Source of the DNA: an uncultured Blautia sp.
GTDB taxonomy: Bacteria; Bacillota; Clostridia; Lachnospirales; Lachnospiraceae
Reading direction: 5' to 3'
Assembly (NCBI GenBank): GCA_900541345.1
Contig: UQJE01000003.1
Location: 10,533-74,532 of the forward strand
DNA: 64,000 nucleotides
Shown: piece after piece, positions 37,022 to 48,042 of the stretch
Numbering within the stretch: the first letter of the stretch is position 1
Layout: each line of letters begins with the position of its first letter
Notes under the pieces: generated by a model
Database searches by the model: none
What the model was told of the DNA's origin: nothing
What the model saw: only the letters and a program-made list of their open reading frames with translations
Position numbers and translations under genes: made by a program

Positions 37022-37696
37022 ATGGCTCCCATTTCAGGAGACTGGCTGGAGGCTCTGAAAGATGAGTTTCATAAGCCATATTATGCAAAATTATATAAAA
37101 CGGTAAATGAAGAGTACAGAACAGGAAAAGTTTTTCCGCCGCCGGATGAGATGTTTAATGCTTTTCATTTTACTCCGCTTCATGAGGTAAAGGTAGTGAT
37201 TCTGGGACAGGATCCTTATCATAATGATGGACAGGCACATGGTCTTTGTTTTTCTGTGAAAAAAGGAGTGGAAACGCCGCCTTCTCTTGTTAATATTTAT
37301 CAGGAACTCCATGATGACTGCGGTTGTTATATTCCCAATAACGGGTATCTGGAAAAATGGGCGCATCAGGGAGTTCTGCTTTTGAATACAGTACTTACTG
37401 TTCGGGCGCATCAGGCAAATTCCCACAGAGGCATTGGTTGGGAGCAGTTTACAGATGCTGCGATTCGGGTTTTGAATGAACAGGACAGACCTATTGTGTT
37501 TCTTTTGTGGGGACGACCTGCACAGACGAAGCATATGATGCTGAATAATCCAAATCATCTTGTTCTGGAAGCGCCTCACCCAAGTCCACTTTCTGCTTAC
37601 AGAGGATTTTTTGGCTGCAGACATTTCAGCCAGACAAACGCTTTTTTGAAAGAGCATGGCATTGCACCAATTGACTGGCAGATTGAAAACATTTAA
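37022..37696 (+). CDS. ung: Uracil-DNA glycosylase
   Basis: GQDPYH, PPSL, LLLN, HPSPLS. Confidence 0.97.
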   Translation: MAPISGDWLEALKDEFHKPYYAKLYKTVNEEYRTGKVFPPPDEMFNAFHFTPLHEVKVVILGQDPYHNDGQAHGLCFSVKKGVETPPSLVNIYQELHDDCGCYIPNNGYLEKWAHQGVLLLNTVLTVRAHQANSHRGIGWEQFTDAAIRVLNEQDRPIVFLLWGRPAQTKHMMLNNPNHLVLEAPHPSPLSAYRGFFGCRHFSQTNAFLKEHGIAPIDWQIENI

Positions 37697-37715
37697 AAGA
37701 GGAAAACGGATTGTA

Positions 37716-39338
37716 ATGAGTAAAAAAAATGACAACACACTTGTAAAAAACGCATCGTTTCTGATGATTGCGGCGCTGATTTCCAAGATTATCGGAATGC
37801 TTTATAAAAGCCCCCTTTCTACTACTCTTGGAAGTCAGAGTTTTGCGCTTTTCCAGTATGCTCAGAATGCGTATTTCATTCTTCTTATGATTGCGTCATT
37901 CAGCATTCCCCAGGCAGTATCGAAAATCATGGCGGAAAAGATTGCGTTTAAGAGGTACAGAGATGCTCAGAAGGTATTTTACTGTGCCCTTCTTTATGCG
38001 GTAATCGCTGGTGGCATTGTAGCTCTCTTCTGTCTTTTTGGAGCTTCCGTTATGGTTCCGGACAAAATGGCGGGTGCAAGGCTTGCGCTTCAGATGCTCG
38101 CGCCGACGATTTTTCTTTCAGGAATACTGGGAGTGTTCCGCGGATATTTTCAGGCATACAGAAATATGATGCCGACTTCCCTTTCGCAGATTATAGAGCA
38201 GATTTTTGTGGCTGTCTTTGCCCTTCTCATGTCTTCTCTTATGATTTCTTCCCACAGCGGAAAAGGAGAGAAAGTAATCGAGAGCTGGGGAGCAGCGGGA
38301 GCTACTATGGGAACGGGAGTCGGAGTTCTGGCAGCTCTTCTGTTTATGATTTTTGTGTACTGCATTAACAGAAAGGTCATTCGAAAAAAGATAAGAAGAG
38401 ACCGGGTATCTGTAAATGAAAGTACCTCACAGGTAATGAAAACCATTATCCTGATTGTAATGCCGATTATTTTCAGTGCATTTATTTATAATGTAAACGG
38501 ATATATCAACAGCTATATGTATACGGATATTCTGGGAAAAAGAGGAATGGATGAAACAGTTCTTCAGACCCTTTATGCAGAGTATGGTTATTTCATGACG
38601 CTAATTAATATTCCTCTGACACTTGCAAGTACAGCTCCGACATCCATGATACCGGAGGTTTCAGCCCATTATGCAATGCACGACAGAAAAGGTGCAAATG
38701 AAAAAATTGACAGGGCAACCTGGATTAGCATGATCATCTCCATTCCGGCAGCAGTAGGCCTTGCCGTTCTTTCAGGGCCTGTTACAAGACTGATATTCGG
38801 AGAGACAAACGGAGTGGCAGCGAAGCTTTTAATTATTGGAGGAATCACAATTATTTTAAACGGAAACTCCAATATTTCAAACGGTGTTTTACAGGGGATC
38901 GGAAAGCCGAATATTCCTATGATTCATGCGGCTATTGCCCTTGGGGCAGACGTAATCGTTATGGCACTTCTCCTGCTTCTTACAGATCTTGGAGTATATG
39001 CCATTGTACTTTCAATGGTTGTATATGCAGTTGTAATGTGTCTTTTAAATGAGAGGGCAATGAAGAAGTATATGCGTCATAAAAATCCTTGGAAAAAAGC
39101 GTATCTCTATCCGCTGATTGCATCTATTCCAATGGGACTTGTGGCGGGCGGCGTATATTACGGACTTTATTTACTTGTTCCGTCCAACTTTCTCTGTCTC
39201 TGCGTATCTGTAGTGTTGGCGGTGATTGTATATTTTGGAGTATACCTTTTTGTGAGCAGGCCTTCCAAAGAAGAACTGTTTATGCTGCCGGGAGGACGGA
39301 TTCTTTATCGAGTGGCAGGAAAAATGAATTTAATATAG
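37716..39338 (+). CDS. Polysaccharide biosynthesis / lipid II flippase (SpoVB/MurJ-YtgP family)
   Basis: ISKIIGMLY..P, SIPQAVSK, FRGYFQ....M.PTS.SQIIEQ, GAAGATMGT. Confidence 0.88.
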   Translation: MSKKNDNTLVKNASFLMIAALISKIIGMLYKSPLSTTLGSQSFALFQYAQNAYFILLMIASFSIPQAVSKIMAEKIAFKRYRDAQKVFYCALLYAVIAGGIVALFCLFGASVMVPDKMAGARLALQMLAPTIFLSGILGVFRGYFQAYRNMMPTSLSQIIEQIFVAVFALLMSSLMISSHSGKGEKVIESWGAAGATMGTGVGVLAALLFMIFVYCINRKVIRKKIRRDRVSVNESTSQVMKTIILIVMPIIFSAFIYNVNGYINSYMYTDILGKRGMDETVLQTLYAEYGYFMTLINIPLTLASTAPTSMIPEVSAHYAMHDRKGANEKIDRATWISMIISIPAAVGLAVLSGPVTRLIFGETNGVAAKLLIIGGITIILNGNSNISNGVLQGIGKPNIPMIHAAIALGADVIVMALLLLLTDLGVYAIVLSMVVYAVVMCLLNERAMKKYMRHKNPWKKAYLYPLIASIPMGLVAGGVYYGLYLLVPSNFLCLCVSVVLAVIVYFGVYLFVSRPSKEELFMLPGGRILYRVAGKMNLI

Positions 39339-39345
39339 AAATAAA

Positions 39346-39394
39346 TAAAAACACAGTCTGAAAAGCAGGAAATGCTCACAGACTGTGTTTTTTT
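39346..39394. terminator. Bidirectional terminator
   Basis: aaaaacacagtctg ... cagactgtgttttttt. Confidence 0.85.
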
Positions 39395-39415
39395 GAGTGC
39401 GATTTAAACAATACA

Positions 39416-40414
39416 TTAAGAAGTTTTACATTCCCCTGTGGAGCCCCTTTCAATAAGCTGGGCGTGAAGAAGAATCGTTCCGATAGACACGTTATTTAAA
39501 AGGCTGTTTATGGCATAATACCCACACTTTCCAAGTTCTGTTCTGTCCTGACGGACAGTAGTAAGCGGCGGAGAAGTATAAGCGCACATGGGCAGATCAT
39601 CGAAACCGATAATACTTAAATCTTTGGGAATGTGGTATCCGAGCTGTTGGCACTGAATCATGGCTGCGTTGGCAATCAGATCATGACTGCAGATAACGGC
39701 AGTCATTCCCATTTTTAAAAATCTGGATAAATGTTTTTCCACACATTGGGTAATATAATAAGAAGCGCCTGCCCAATCTGCTTCCGCGCGCAATCCATTT
39801 TGTTTCATGGCGTGAAAAAAGGCTTTGTGGCGTACCTGCATAACATGTGAGCCGAGAGCACTGCTTAAGTATCCGATTTTTTTATGCCCCTGTTTTTTCA
39901 GGCAGGAGACGGCAAGTTCCATTCCTTCGTTATTGTCAATTCCGATAGAAGAAATAAAAGGATTGGCAGGAATGTAATTATCGTACAGAACAGCGGGAGT
40001 GTGGCTTGTCTCAAAATCCTTCATCCAAGGATCGGCTAAAGAAAAGCCGAGGACAAGGGCACCTACATAATTGTTTTGAAGCATAAAAACGTCGTAAGGC
40101 GTTTTTTTCTGGAATGGAATCGTCATAGGAACGACTTCCACTGCAAAACCTGCAGGTTCTGCCATCTGGCGGAAACCGATAATAAAGTCGTATCCAAACT
40201 GATGAGACTCCTCATATTCCATATTTTCTATAAGAACACAGAGCTTCGGGGCGGTATCTTTTTTTCTTCGAAGTTTTGTGTATCCCATTTCTACTGCAGT
40301 ATCTAGAATTGTTTTTCGTAATGTTTCGCTAATGTCAGGGGCATTATTAATCGCCTTTGAGACGGTTCCTTTAGAAACCCCAAGTTTATCAGCAATATCC
40401 TGTATTGTTGCCAT
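39416..40414 (-). CDS. LacI family regulator of the maltodextrin cluster
   Basis: ATIQDIADKLGVSKGTVSKA HTH; DLSIIGFDD...PPLTTVRQ. Confidence 0.92.
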   Translation of the reverse strand: MATIQDIADKLGVSKGTVSKAINNAPDISETLRKTILDTAVEMGYTKLRRKKDTAPKLCVLIENMEYEESHQFGYDFIIGFRQMAEPAGFAVEVVPMTIPFQKKTPYDVFMLQNNYVGALVLGFSLADPWMKDFETSHTPAVLYDNYIPANPFISSIGIDNNEGMELAVSCLKKQGHKKIGYLSSALGSHVMQVRHKAFFHAMKQNGLRAEADWAGASYYITQCVEKHLSRFLKMGMTAVICSHDLIANAAMIQCQQLGYHIPKDLSIIGFDDLPMCAYTSPPLTTVRQDRTELGKCGYYAINSLLNNVSIGTILLHAQLIERGSTGECKTS

Positions 40415-40602
40415 AGCATATGCCTTTCTTTCATTTTGAAGAATCAAGATGGATTTTATTTATTATATCAAATCAAAAGAAAAAAATCAATTCTTTTCAC
40501 TTGTTTAGTTTCGGTAAATAAGAAAAATCAAAGTGAATATGTAAAAAGTGCACAAAAATAATGAATAAAAACTGTAGAAAACGGAGAAAGTAATCTGAGA
40601 TA

Positions 40603-40657
40603 TTGACGTTTTTTGTGAAGTGAGGTATATTACAAATAACGAAACAAAACGAAACAA
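40603..40657 (+). promoter_or_regulatory. SigA promoter of the maltodextrin operon with tandem AACGAAACAA repeat
   Basis: TTGACG(40603)-17-TATATT(40626); AACGAAACAA at 40638 and 40648. Confidence 0.7.
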
Positions 40658-40672
40658 ATTGGAGGAAAAAAG

Positions 40673-41899
40673 ATGAGAAAGCGTGCAGCAGCATTGTGTA
40701 TGACAGCGGTGCTTGCAGTGACAGGGTTCGCAGGATGCAGCAGAGGAAGTGCTGAAGATAGGGAGCAAGTTCGTCTGATGGTCTGGTCTCCATCAGAAGA
40801 CCAGTCAAAGGACAGCGGAGAATGGCTTCAGAATACGTGTGAGGATTTTGCGGATCTTCACCCGGAATGGGATATTACTTTTGTGTACGGAGTTGCGGAC
40901 GAGGCGACGGCTGCCACACAGGTAGCGCAGGACCCGGAGGCAAGTGCGGACGTATTTATGTATGCAAACGATACTCTGACGGTTATGACGGATGCAAATG
41001 CACTTGCGAAATTTGGCGGAAAATACAGAGAAGAAATTGAAGCTACAAACTCGGAGGAGGTACTTTCTTCTCTGATTAAAGAAGACAATCTGTATGGGGT
41101 TCCGTTTACCACAAATACCTGGTTCATGTATTACGATAAGAGCGTTTTTTCAGAGGAAGATATTAAAAATCTGGACATTATGCTGGAAAAGGGAACGGTT
41201 GCGTTTCCGTTTATAAACTCCTGGTATCTTCCGGCATTTTATATTGGAAACGGCTGTACACTTTTCGGAGATGGGACACAGGAAGATAAAGGTGTAGACT
41301 TTGGAGGGGAAAATGCAGTGGAGGTTACCGATTATCTTGTTGATCTTGCAGCAAATCCGAACTTTAAAATAGATGCAGACGGTTCCGGACTTGCAGGTCT
41401 TCGCGACGGAAGCATTTCAGCTATTTTTTCAGGTTCCTGGGATGCGAACGCAGTAAGGGAAGCTTTAGGAGAAAACATGGGTGTAGCTGCTCTTCCGATG
41501 TACACTCTAAATGGAGAGGAAAAGCAGATGATGTCTTACGCTGGTTCCAAGGCAATCGGTGTCAATCCTTACAGTAAGAATATGGTTCCTGCAGTGGAGC
41601 TTGCTGTATATCTTGGCTCGGCAGAAGCACAGCTTTCTCATTATAAACTGAGAAATGTGATTCCCTGTAATACAGAGCTTTTAAAAGATGCTGAAATTGC
41701 GGAAGATCCGCTTGTTATGGCGCAGAACGATACCTTTAATTATACATCTATTTTGCAGCCTTTCGTGGCAAAAATGAACAACTGCTGGGTTCCGGTGGAA
41801 AATATGGGAAAAGGAATCCGCAATAAGAGTGTGACACATGAAAATGCAAAAGAGCAGACAGAAGCGATGAACGAAGCAATGAACAGTGATGGAATCTGA
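40673..41899 (+). CDS. Maltose/maltodextrin ABC transporter substrate-binding lipoprotein
   Basis: Lipobox FAGC; ADVFMYAND, LYGVP, MYYDKS; operon context. Confidence 0.88.
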   Translation: MRKRAAALCMTAVLAVTGFAGCSRGSAEDREQVRLMVWSPSEDQSKDSGEWLQNTCEDFADLHPEWDITFVYGVADEATAATQVAQDPEASADVFMYANDTLTVMTDANALAKFGGKYREEIEATNSEEVLSSLIKEDNLYGVPFTTNTWFMYYDKSVFSEEDIKNLDIMLEKGTVAFPFINSWYLPAFYIGNGCTLFGDGTQEDKGVDFGGENAVEVTDYLVDLAANPNFKIDADGSGLAGLRDGSISAIFSGSWDANAVREALGENMGVAALPMYTLNGEEKQMMSYAGSKAIGVNPYSKNMVPAVELAVYLGSAEAQLSHYKLRNVIPCNTELLKDAEIAEDPLVMAQNDTFNYTSILQPFVAKMNNCWVPVENMGKGIRNKSVTHENAKEQTEAMNEAMNSDGI

Positions 41900-41913
41900 T
41901 GAGGTGAAAGAAG

Positions 41914-43260
41914 ATGAAAGAGAAAGAAACCTGTATTGCCGCCATAAAAAACGGCGGAATTGAGACAAAGCTTTCCATGTTTTTAATGGGCTTTGGAAAT
42001 ATTGTGCATAAGCAGAAAGTAAAAGGCCTTTTGTTTATGGCTGCAGAAATCGCATATATTGTATTTATGCTTGTAAACGGCATTCATTTTATCAGTATGC
42101 TTGGCTCTCTTGGAAGTGTGCCGCAGAAAGAAGTGTGGGACGAGGCGCAGCAGGTATACCTTTATACGAAGGGAGATCAGTCGGTGCTGATTCTTCTTTA
42201 CGGCGTGGCAACGGTACTTTTGTCTCTCCTTATGGTATGGGGATGGAGAGGCGCTTTAAAAAGTGCGTATAAAGCAGAATATCTTGATAAAAAAGGATGC
42301 CATGTAAATACTTTTGCGGAGGATATAAAATCTCTTTTTAATGAGAATCTTCACAGACTTCTTATGACACCGCCTATGATTTTTATTCTTGCGCTTACCA
42401 TTCTGCCTCTTGTTTTTATGATTTGTATGGCATTTACAAATTACAGTAAGATTGGCAATCATTTGATGCTTTTTGACTGGGTAGGTCTTGAAAACTTTAA
42501 GGCGCTGTTTGATTCTAACAGTATTTTGGGAAGTACCTTCTGGTCAGTTCTTGGATGGACTCTTGTGTGGGCATTTTTTGCAACCTTTACAAACTATATT
42601 TTCGGTATGATTCTCTCGCTTGTAATTAACAGAAAGGAAACACGGGCAAAGGGATTCTGGAGATTCTGTTTCGTTCTTTCCTGTGCAGTACCCATGTTCG
42701 TTTCCCTTCTTATTATGAGAACCATGCTTCAGCCAAATGGTGCAGTGAATGTACTCCTTCGAAACCTAGGTATCATTGCTAAGGACGCAAGCCTTCCATT
42801 TTTTACAGACCCTACATGGGCGCGAGTGACAGTGATTATTATTAATATCTGGGTTGGCGTTCCTTATACCCTTCTTCAGCTTACCGGAGTGCTTCAGAAT
42901 ATCCCGGCAGAGCTTTATGAAGCTGCAAAAGTGGACGGTGCAAATGCTGTTCAGAGATTCTTTAAAATTACGCTTCCATATATGCTGTATGTGACAACAC
43001 CGTACCTTATTGTAACTTTCACAGGAAATGTAAATAACTTTAATATTATTTATCTTTTGTCAGGAGGAGATCCTGTTACAGATTTATCCTCCGCAGCAGG
43101 AAAAACAGATTTACTTGTAACGTGGCTGTATAAGCTTACCATAGATAAGCAGTATTATAATATTGGTGCTGTTATCGGTATTCTTACCTTTATTATCTTG
43201 GCAGCAGGCGCGCTGCTGACCTACAGAAACAGTAAATCTTATAAGGAAGGAGAGTTTTAA
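41914..43260 (+). CDS. Maltodextrin ABC transporter permease (MalF/MalC-like)
   Basis: WVGLENF, EAA loop LYEAAKVDGA, KITLP. Confidence 0.9.
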   Translation: MKEKETCIAAIKNGGIETKLSMFLMGFGNIVHKQKVKGLLFMAAEIAYIVFMLVNGIHFISMLGSLGSVPQKEVWDEAQQVYLYTKGDQSVLILLYGVATVLLSLLMVWGWRGALKSAYKAEYLDKKGCHVNTFAEDIKSLFNENLHRLLMTPPMIFILALTILPLVFMICMAFTNYSKIGNHLMLFDWVGLENFKALFDSNSILGSTFWSVLGWTLVWAFFATFTNYIFGMILSLVINRKETRAKGFWRFCFVLSCAVPMFVSLLIMRTMLQPNGAVNVLLRNLGIIAKDASLPFFTDPTWARVTVIIINIWVGVPYTLLQLTGVLQNIPAELYEAAKVDGANAVQRFFKITLPYMLYVTTPYLIVTFTGNVNNFNIIYLLSGGDPVTDLSSAAGKTDLLVTWLYKLTIDKQYYNIGAVIGILTFIILAAGALLTYRNSKSYKEGEF

Positions 43261-43262
43261 AC

Positions 43263-44126
43263 ATGGGAATCAAATCGGCAAAAAAGAAACGTTTTATCAC
43301 AAATACAGCAGTTCATATTTCCCTTGGCATTTTAGCGGCTGTATGGGTGTTCCCCATTTTATGGGTCATCCTTACAAGCTTCCGTGCAGAAAAAGGTTCT
43401 TATGTGTCTACCTTTTTTCCTCAGGGATACACACTCGATAACTATATCCGGCTTTTTACAGATACTTCTATTTTAAACTTCCCGAAGATGTTTGCGAATA
43501 CGCTGATTATTGCAGTTTGTTCCTGTGTTCTGGCAACCTTTTATACGCTGGCTGTATCCTACTGTCTGTCAAGACTGAAATTCCGTCTTCGGAAACCTTA
43601 TATGAATATGGCAATGATTTTGGGATTGTTTCCAAGCTTTATGTCCATAATTGCTGTTTACTTTATTTTAAAGGCTTTAGGTCTTACAGAGGGGAATCTG
43701 ATTCGTGTTGCCTTGATCTTGTGTTATTCGGGCGGTGCAGGTCTTGGATTCCAGATTGCAAAAGGATTTTTTGATACAATTCCTGTTGCTGTGGACGAAG
43801 CGGCAATTCTGGACGGCTGTACAAGATGGCAGATTTTTACAAAAATTACGCTGCCATTAAGTAAACCGATTATTGTATATACAGTACTGACTGCATTTAT
43901 GGCGCCGTGGCTTGATTTTATTTTTGCAAAGGTTATCTGCCGTGCAAACTCAGACCAGTATACGATTGCAATCGGTCTCTGGAAGATGCTGGAAAAAGAA
44001 TATATTGACAGTTGGTATACAAGCTTTGCGGCTGGCGCAGTTCTGATTTCCATACCGATTGCTATTCTCTTCCTCTATATGCAGAGATATTACGTGGACG
44101 GCGTGTCAGGAGCAGTAAAAGGCTGA
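43263..44126 (+). CDS. Maltodextrin ABC transporter permease (MalG/MalD-like)
   Basis: KGFFDTIP..VDEAAILDG, FAAGAVL. Confidence 0.9.
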   Translation: MGIKSAKKKRFITNTAVHISLGILAAVWVFPILWVILTSFRAEKGSYVSTFFPQGYTLDNYIRLFTDTSILNFPKMFANTLIIAVCSCVLATFYTLAVSYCLSRLKFRLRKPYMNMAMILGLFPSFMSIIAVYFILKALGLTEGNLIRVALILCYSGGAGLGFQIAKGFFDTIPVAVDEAAILDGCTRWQIFTKITLPLSKPIIVYTVLTAFMAPWLDFIFAKVICRANSDQYTIAIGLWKMLEKEYIDSWYTSFAAGAVLISIPIAILFLYMQRYYVDGVSGAVKG

Positions 44127-44145
44127 TAAAAGGAAGGGAGCAGTT

Positions 44146-46077
44146 ATGTTAAAGAGGCAGGAATTAAAAAGACTGTATAACACTTCAGAATTTAAAGAGA
44201 AATATATAGATACAGAAAGAAAACAGGGGGCTGTATGTACGGAGGAAGGGACTTCCTTTCTCCTTTGGAGTCCTCTTTCTGAAAAAGCAGAGCTTCGTTT
44301 TTATAAGGAAGGAGAGGGTGGAGTCTCATTTTTTCAGACAGAGATGAAAAAAGAAGAAAAGGGAATGTGGTCTTATGAAACAGCAGAAAATCTTCACGGA
44401 GTTTACTATGATTTCCGTACTATGACAGAGGGTGAGGAAACTGTTTTCGGGGACCCGTATGCAAAAGCCTGCGGGATGAATGGAAAAAGAAGTATGGCTG
44501 TAGATTTAAAAGAGACAGACTCCGAAGGCTGGATGGAAGACAGACGCCCTGAAAAACAGGAAGAGACAGTAATTTATGAGCTTCATATAAAAGAATTTTC
44601 CTGGGACGAGGCAGGTGGATTTTCGAAGGAAAACAGAGGAAAGTACCTGGCATTTACAGAAGAACATACAACCCTTAATAAAGATGGAGTGCATTTGACA
44701 GGCCTTGATTATCTGAAAAAACTTGGGATTACCCATGTGCAGATTATGCCGGCTTATGATTATGGTTCTGTAGATGAGAAAAATGAGGAAGAGTTTAACT
44801 GGGGATACGATCCGGTAAATTATAATGTGCCGGAAGGCTCTTATTCTTCTGACCCGAAACATGGAGAAGTGCGTATCCGTGAATTTAAGGAAATGGTGCA
44901 GGCTCTTCATAGAAATGGTTTCCGGGTCATTATGGACGTGGTATATAACCATATGTATGACCTGGATTCTAATTTAAACAAGGCAGTTCCCTGGTATTAT
45001 TTCCGTACTTACGAAAACGGGGGAATTTCCAATGGCTCTGCTTGCGGAAACGATATGGCAAGCGAGAGGGAAATGTGCGCTCAATATATTCTGGATTCTG
45101 TTCTTTACTGGGTGGAGGAGTATCATATTGACGGTTTCCGTTTTGACTTGATGGGGCTTCTTGATACAAAACTGATGAACCGTATCCGAAAAGCGCTTGA
45201 TGAAAAATACGGAAGGGGAGAGATTCTTCTTTTCGGAGAACCCTGGGCTGCAGATGATACTGCGTCTGAGGGAGAGGCTGTGATGGCTCTTAAAAAGAAT
45301 GCGGCTCATCTTGATAAATATGTGGGTATGTTCTGCGATGATACAAGAGATGCTGTTAAGGGTCATGTGTTTGAGGGAGAAATCCCGGGCTTTGTAAATG
45401 GGGCGGAAAATATGGAAGAAAAAATCCTGAACAGCGTAAAAGCGTGGTGTACGAAAGAGACAGGAATTAAAGCGCCCTCTCAGGTAATCACGTACGTTTC
45501 TGCTCATGATAACTGGACGCTATGGGATAAGCTAGAGATCACAACACCGGACGAAAAGCGGAGAATGATGGAAAATAAGCTGGCAGCAGCCATTTACATG
45601 ACATGTCAGGGACATCTTTTTATGCTTTCCGGAGAGGAGTTTGCAAGAACAAAGGACGGACAGGAAAATACTTATAACAGTTCCATTTCTTTAAACCGTC
45701 TGGACTGGAAGAGAGCGTATGAATATAAAGAACTCCGTATCTATTATGAAGGACTGATCGCTCTCAGAAAGCAGCTTCCCGGACTTTGCGACAAGTCGGA
45801 GACAGCAGGAAAGAGAGTTTTCGGTCGTTGGAAGAAAACGGGCGCTGTAGGCTTTTTTGTGGAAAATAAAAAAGAAGGAGAACATACTTTGTGGGACACT
45901 CTGTATATTATTTATAATGCCACAGAGGAAGAAGTACAAACTGCCCTTCCGAAAGGCGAGTGGGAAGTTCTTCTTAATAAAGAAGACAGTTTTGCATGGA
46001 AAAAACAGAAAAAAGCAGAGAAAGCGACAGCTGCATCATTGAGCGCGCTTGTGCTTGGACGAAGAGGAAGCATATGA
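44146..46077 (+). CDS. pulA: Type I pullulanase (GH13)
   Basis: FNWGYDP, DVVYNH, GFRFDLMG, GEPW, YVSAHDN. Confidence 0.9.
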   Translation: MLKRQELKRLYNTSEFKEKYIDTERKQGAVCTEEGTSFLLWSPLSEKAELRFYKEGEGGVSFFQTEMKKEEKGMWSYETAENLHGVYYDFRTMTEGEETVFGDPYAKACGMNGKRSMAVDLKETDSEGWMEDRRPEKQEETVIYELHIKEFSWDEAGGFSKENRGKYLAFTEEHTTLNKDGVHLTGLDYLKKLGITHVQIMPAYDYGSVDEKNEEEFNWGYDPVNYNVPEGSYSSDPKHGEVRIREFKEMVQALHRNGFRVIMDVVYNHMYDLDSNLNKAVPWYYFRTYENGGISNGSACGNDMASEREMCAQYILDSVLYWVEEYHIDGFRFDLMGLLDTKLMNRIRKALDEKYGRGEILLFGEPWAADDTASEGEAVMALKKNAAHLDKYVGMFCDDTRDAVKGHVFEGEIPGFVNGAENMEEKILNSVKAWCTKETGIKAPSQVITYVSAHDNWTLWDKLEITTPDEKRRMMENKLAAAIYMTCQGHLFMLSGEEFARTKDGQENTYNSSISLNRLDWKRAYEYKELRIYYEGLIALRKQLPGLCDKSETAGKRVFGRWKKTGAVGFFVENKKEGEHTLWDTLYIIYNATEEEVQTALPKGEWEVLLNKEDSFAWKKQKKAEKATAASLSALVLGRRGSI

Positions 46078-48038
46078 GATGGATTTACGGAAAACAGGAC
46101 TGGAATACATTAAAACGCGGTCTTGAAAACAATTATCTTTTAACAAACGGTCTTGGAGGATTTTCTGCGCTTACTGTGACAGGGGCAGCATCAAGAAATG
46201 ACCACAGTGTTTTTATGGCGTGTATGAAAGCTCCGAATCACCGTTACAATATGGTGCACCGTTTTTTTGAGCGTCTGTTTCTTGGAGATGAGGAAAAAAT
46301 TCTTTCCACCCAGGAATTTGCAGACGGGCATATAGAGGACGGGTATCGTTATCTTTCTTCTTTTATATATGAGGACACACCTCTCTGGCGTTATCATGTA
46401 AATGGTGTATCCATTTCAAAAGAAATTGCCATGAAGTATGGAGAAAATACAGTGGCAATTTGTTATACCATAGAAAACAGAGGGAAATGTAAGGTTTCAT
46501 TTGAAGTGACTCCGTTTTTCCAGTTTGCAAAAAAGGGAGAGGATATGAAGCCGTCCCAGACCTTAGTGAAAAAAGGAAATCAGATTTTATCTGATGGAAT
46601 GGCCCTTTTCTTTGAGACAAACGGAAATGTAACGGATACAGAGGAAAAAGAAGAAGTTTACTTTTATTCCTATGACGTATGCGACGGAAGAAGGGAGACA
46701 GGACATGGAAAGGCAAATCATGTGATTTCTGTTTCTGCACAGCCGGGAGAAAAAGTAAAATTAAAACTTGTGTACTCTATGGAACAAAAATATCTGACAG
46801 AAGAGAAATGGCAGGATGCGGAAGAAATCATAAAAGAATATAAAGAGCGGAGACAGGCTCTTGTAAAAACAGCAGGTCTTTCAATGACGATGGCGCAGGA
46901 GCTTGTGAAAAGTGCAGACCAGTTTGTTTCCAGAAGAGAGTCCACAAACGGAAGCACTATTCTTGCAGGCTATCCGTTTTTTGAGGACTGGGGAAGAGAT
47001 ACCATGATTGCCCTTCCGGGTATCTGCATTTCTACAGGACAATATGATACGGCGAAGGAAATTTTAAGGACTTTCGCCTTAAACGAAAACAAAGGTCTGA
47101 TGCCGAATCTTTTTCCGGAAGGTGGAAACGAGCCTCTTTATAATACAGCAGACGCAGCTCTTCTTTTTATTAACTGCATATATCTTTACTATGAAAAAAC
47201 AGAAGATCTTGAGTTTGTAAAAGAAATGTATCCTGTTATGGAGCGTATTGTAAAAGGATATAAAGAGGGAACAGATTTCGGAATCCATATGGATACAGAC
47301 GGATTGATTCAGGCAGGAGAAGGACTCTGGCAGGTAACATGGATGGATGTGCGCGTGGGAGAAATCCTTCCCACACCGAGACATGGAAAGCCGGTAGAAA
47401 TCAATGCCTACTGGTATAATGCTCTTTGTATTATGGAAAAATTTGCCCGTATTTTAAATAGGGAATGGCAGGAAAACGGATTAAAGGAACAGGTAAAAAA
47501 ATCTTTTCTTCAGAAATTTTGGATGGAGAAGAGAGACTGCTTAAAAGACCTGGTATCCGGCACAGCGGCAGACGAACAGGTTCGCTGCAATCAGATATGG
47601 GCAGTTTCTATGCCGTTTACCATGCTTACAAAGGAACAGGAAAAAGCAGTTGTAGAGACTGTGTTTGAGACGCTTTATACCCCTTACGGTCTTAGAACTC
47701 TGGAAATGTCAGATAAAGAGTTTAAACCTGTCTATCAGGGAAAAATGGAAGAAAGAGATATGGCGTATCATCAGGGGACGGTGTGGACTTTCCCTCTGGG
47801 TGCATATTATCTTGCATATCTTAAGGTAAAAGATTACAATAAAGAAGCGAAGGAAACTGTAAAGGAACAGCTTGAAGTTATGGAAAGCGCCATGAGAGAA
47901 GGCTGTGTCGGACAGCTTCCGGAGATTTACGACGGAGAAAATCCTACAAGGTCAAAGGGGTGCTTTGCCCAGGCATGGAGTGTGGGAGAAATCTTAAGAG
48001 TATATGAAGCCGTTGAAAAATGCGGAGATAAGGAGTAG
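46074..48038 (+). CDS. Amylo-alpha-1,6-glucosidase (glycogen debranching enzyme)
   Basis: [50 protein letters not shown]. Confidence 0.9.
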   Translation: MRWIYGKQDWNTLKRGLENNYLLTNGLGGFSALTVTGAASRNDHSVFMACMKAPNHRYNMVHRFFERLFLGDEEKILSTQEFADGHIEDGYRYLSSFIYEDTPLWRYHVNGVSISKEIAMKYGENTVAICYTIENRGKCKVSFEVTPFFQFAKKGEDMKPSQTLVKKGNQILSDGMALFFETNGNVTDTEEKEEVYFYSYDVCDGRRETGHGKANHVISVSAQPGEKVKLKLVYSMEQKYLTEEKWQDAEEIIKEYKERRQALVKTAGLSMTMAQELVKSADQFVSRRESTNGSTILAGYPFFEDWGRDTMIALPGICISTGQYDTAKEILRTFALNENKGLMPNLFPEGGNEPLYNTADAALLFINCIYLYYEKTEDLEFVKEMYPVMERIVKGYKEGTDFGIHMDTDGLIQAGEGLWQVTWMDVRVGEILPTPRHGKPVEINAYWYNALCIMEKFARILNREWQENGLKEQVKKSFLQKFWMEKRDCLKDLVSGTAADEQVRCNQIWAVSMPFTMLTKEQEKAVVETVFETLYTPYGLRTLEMSDKEFKPVYQGKMEERDMAYHQGTVWTFPLGAYYLAYLKVKDYNKEAKETVKEQLEVMESAMREGCVGQLPEIYDGENPTRSKGCFAQAWSVGEILRVYEAVEKCGDKE

Positions 48039-48042
48039 GAAT

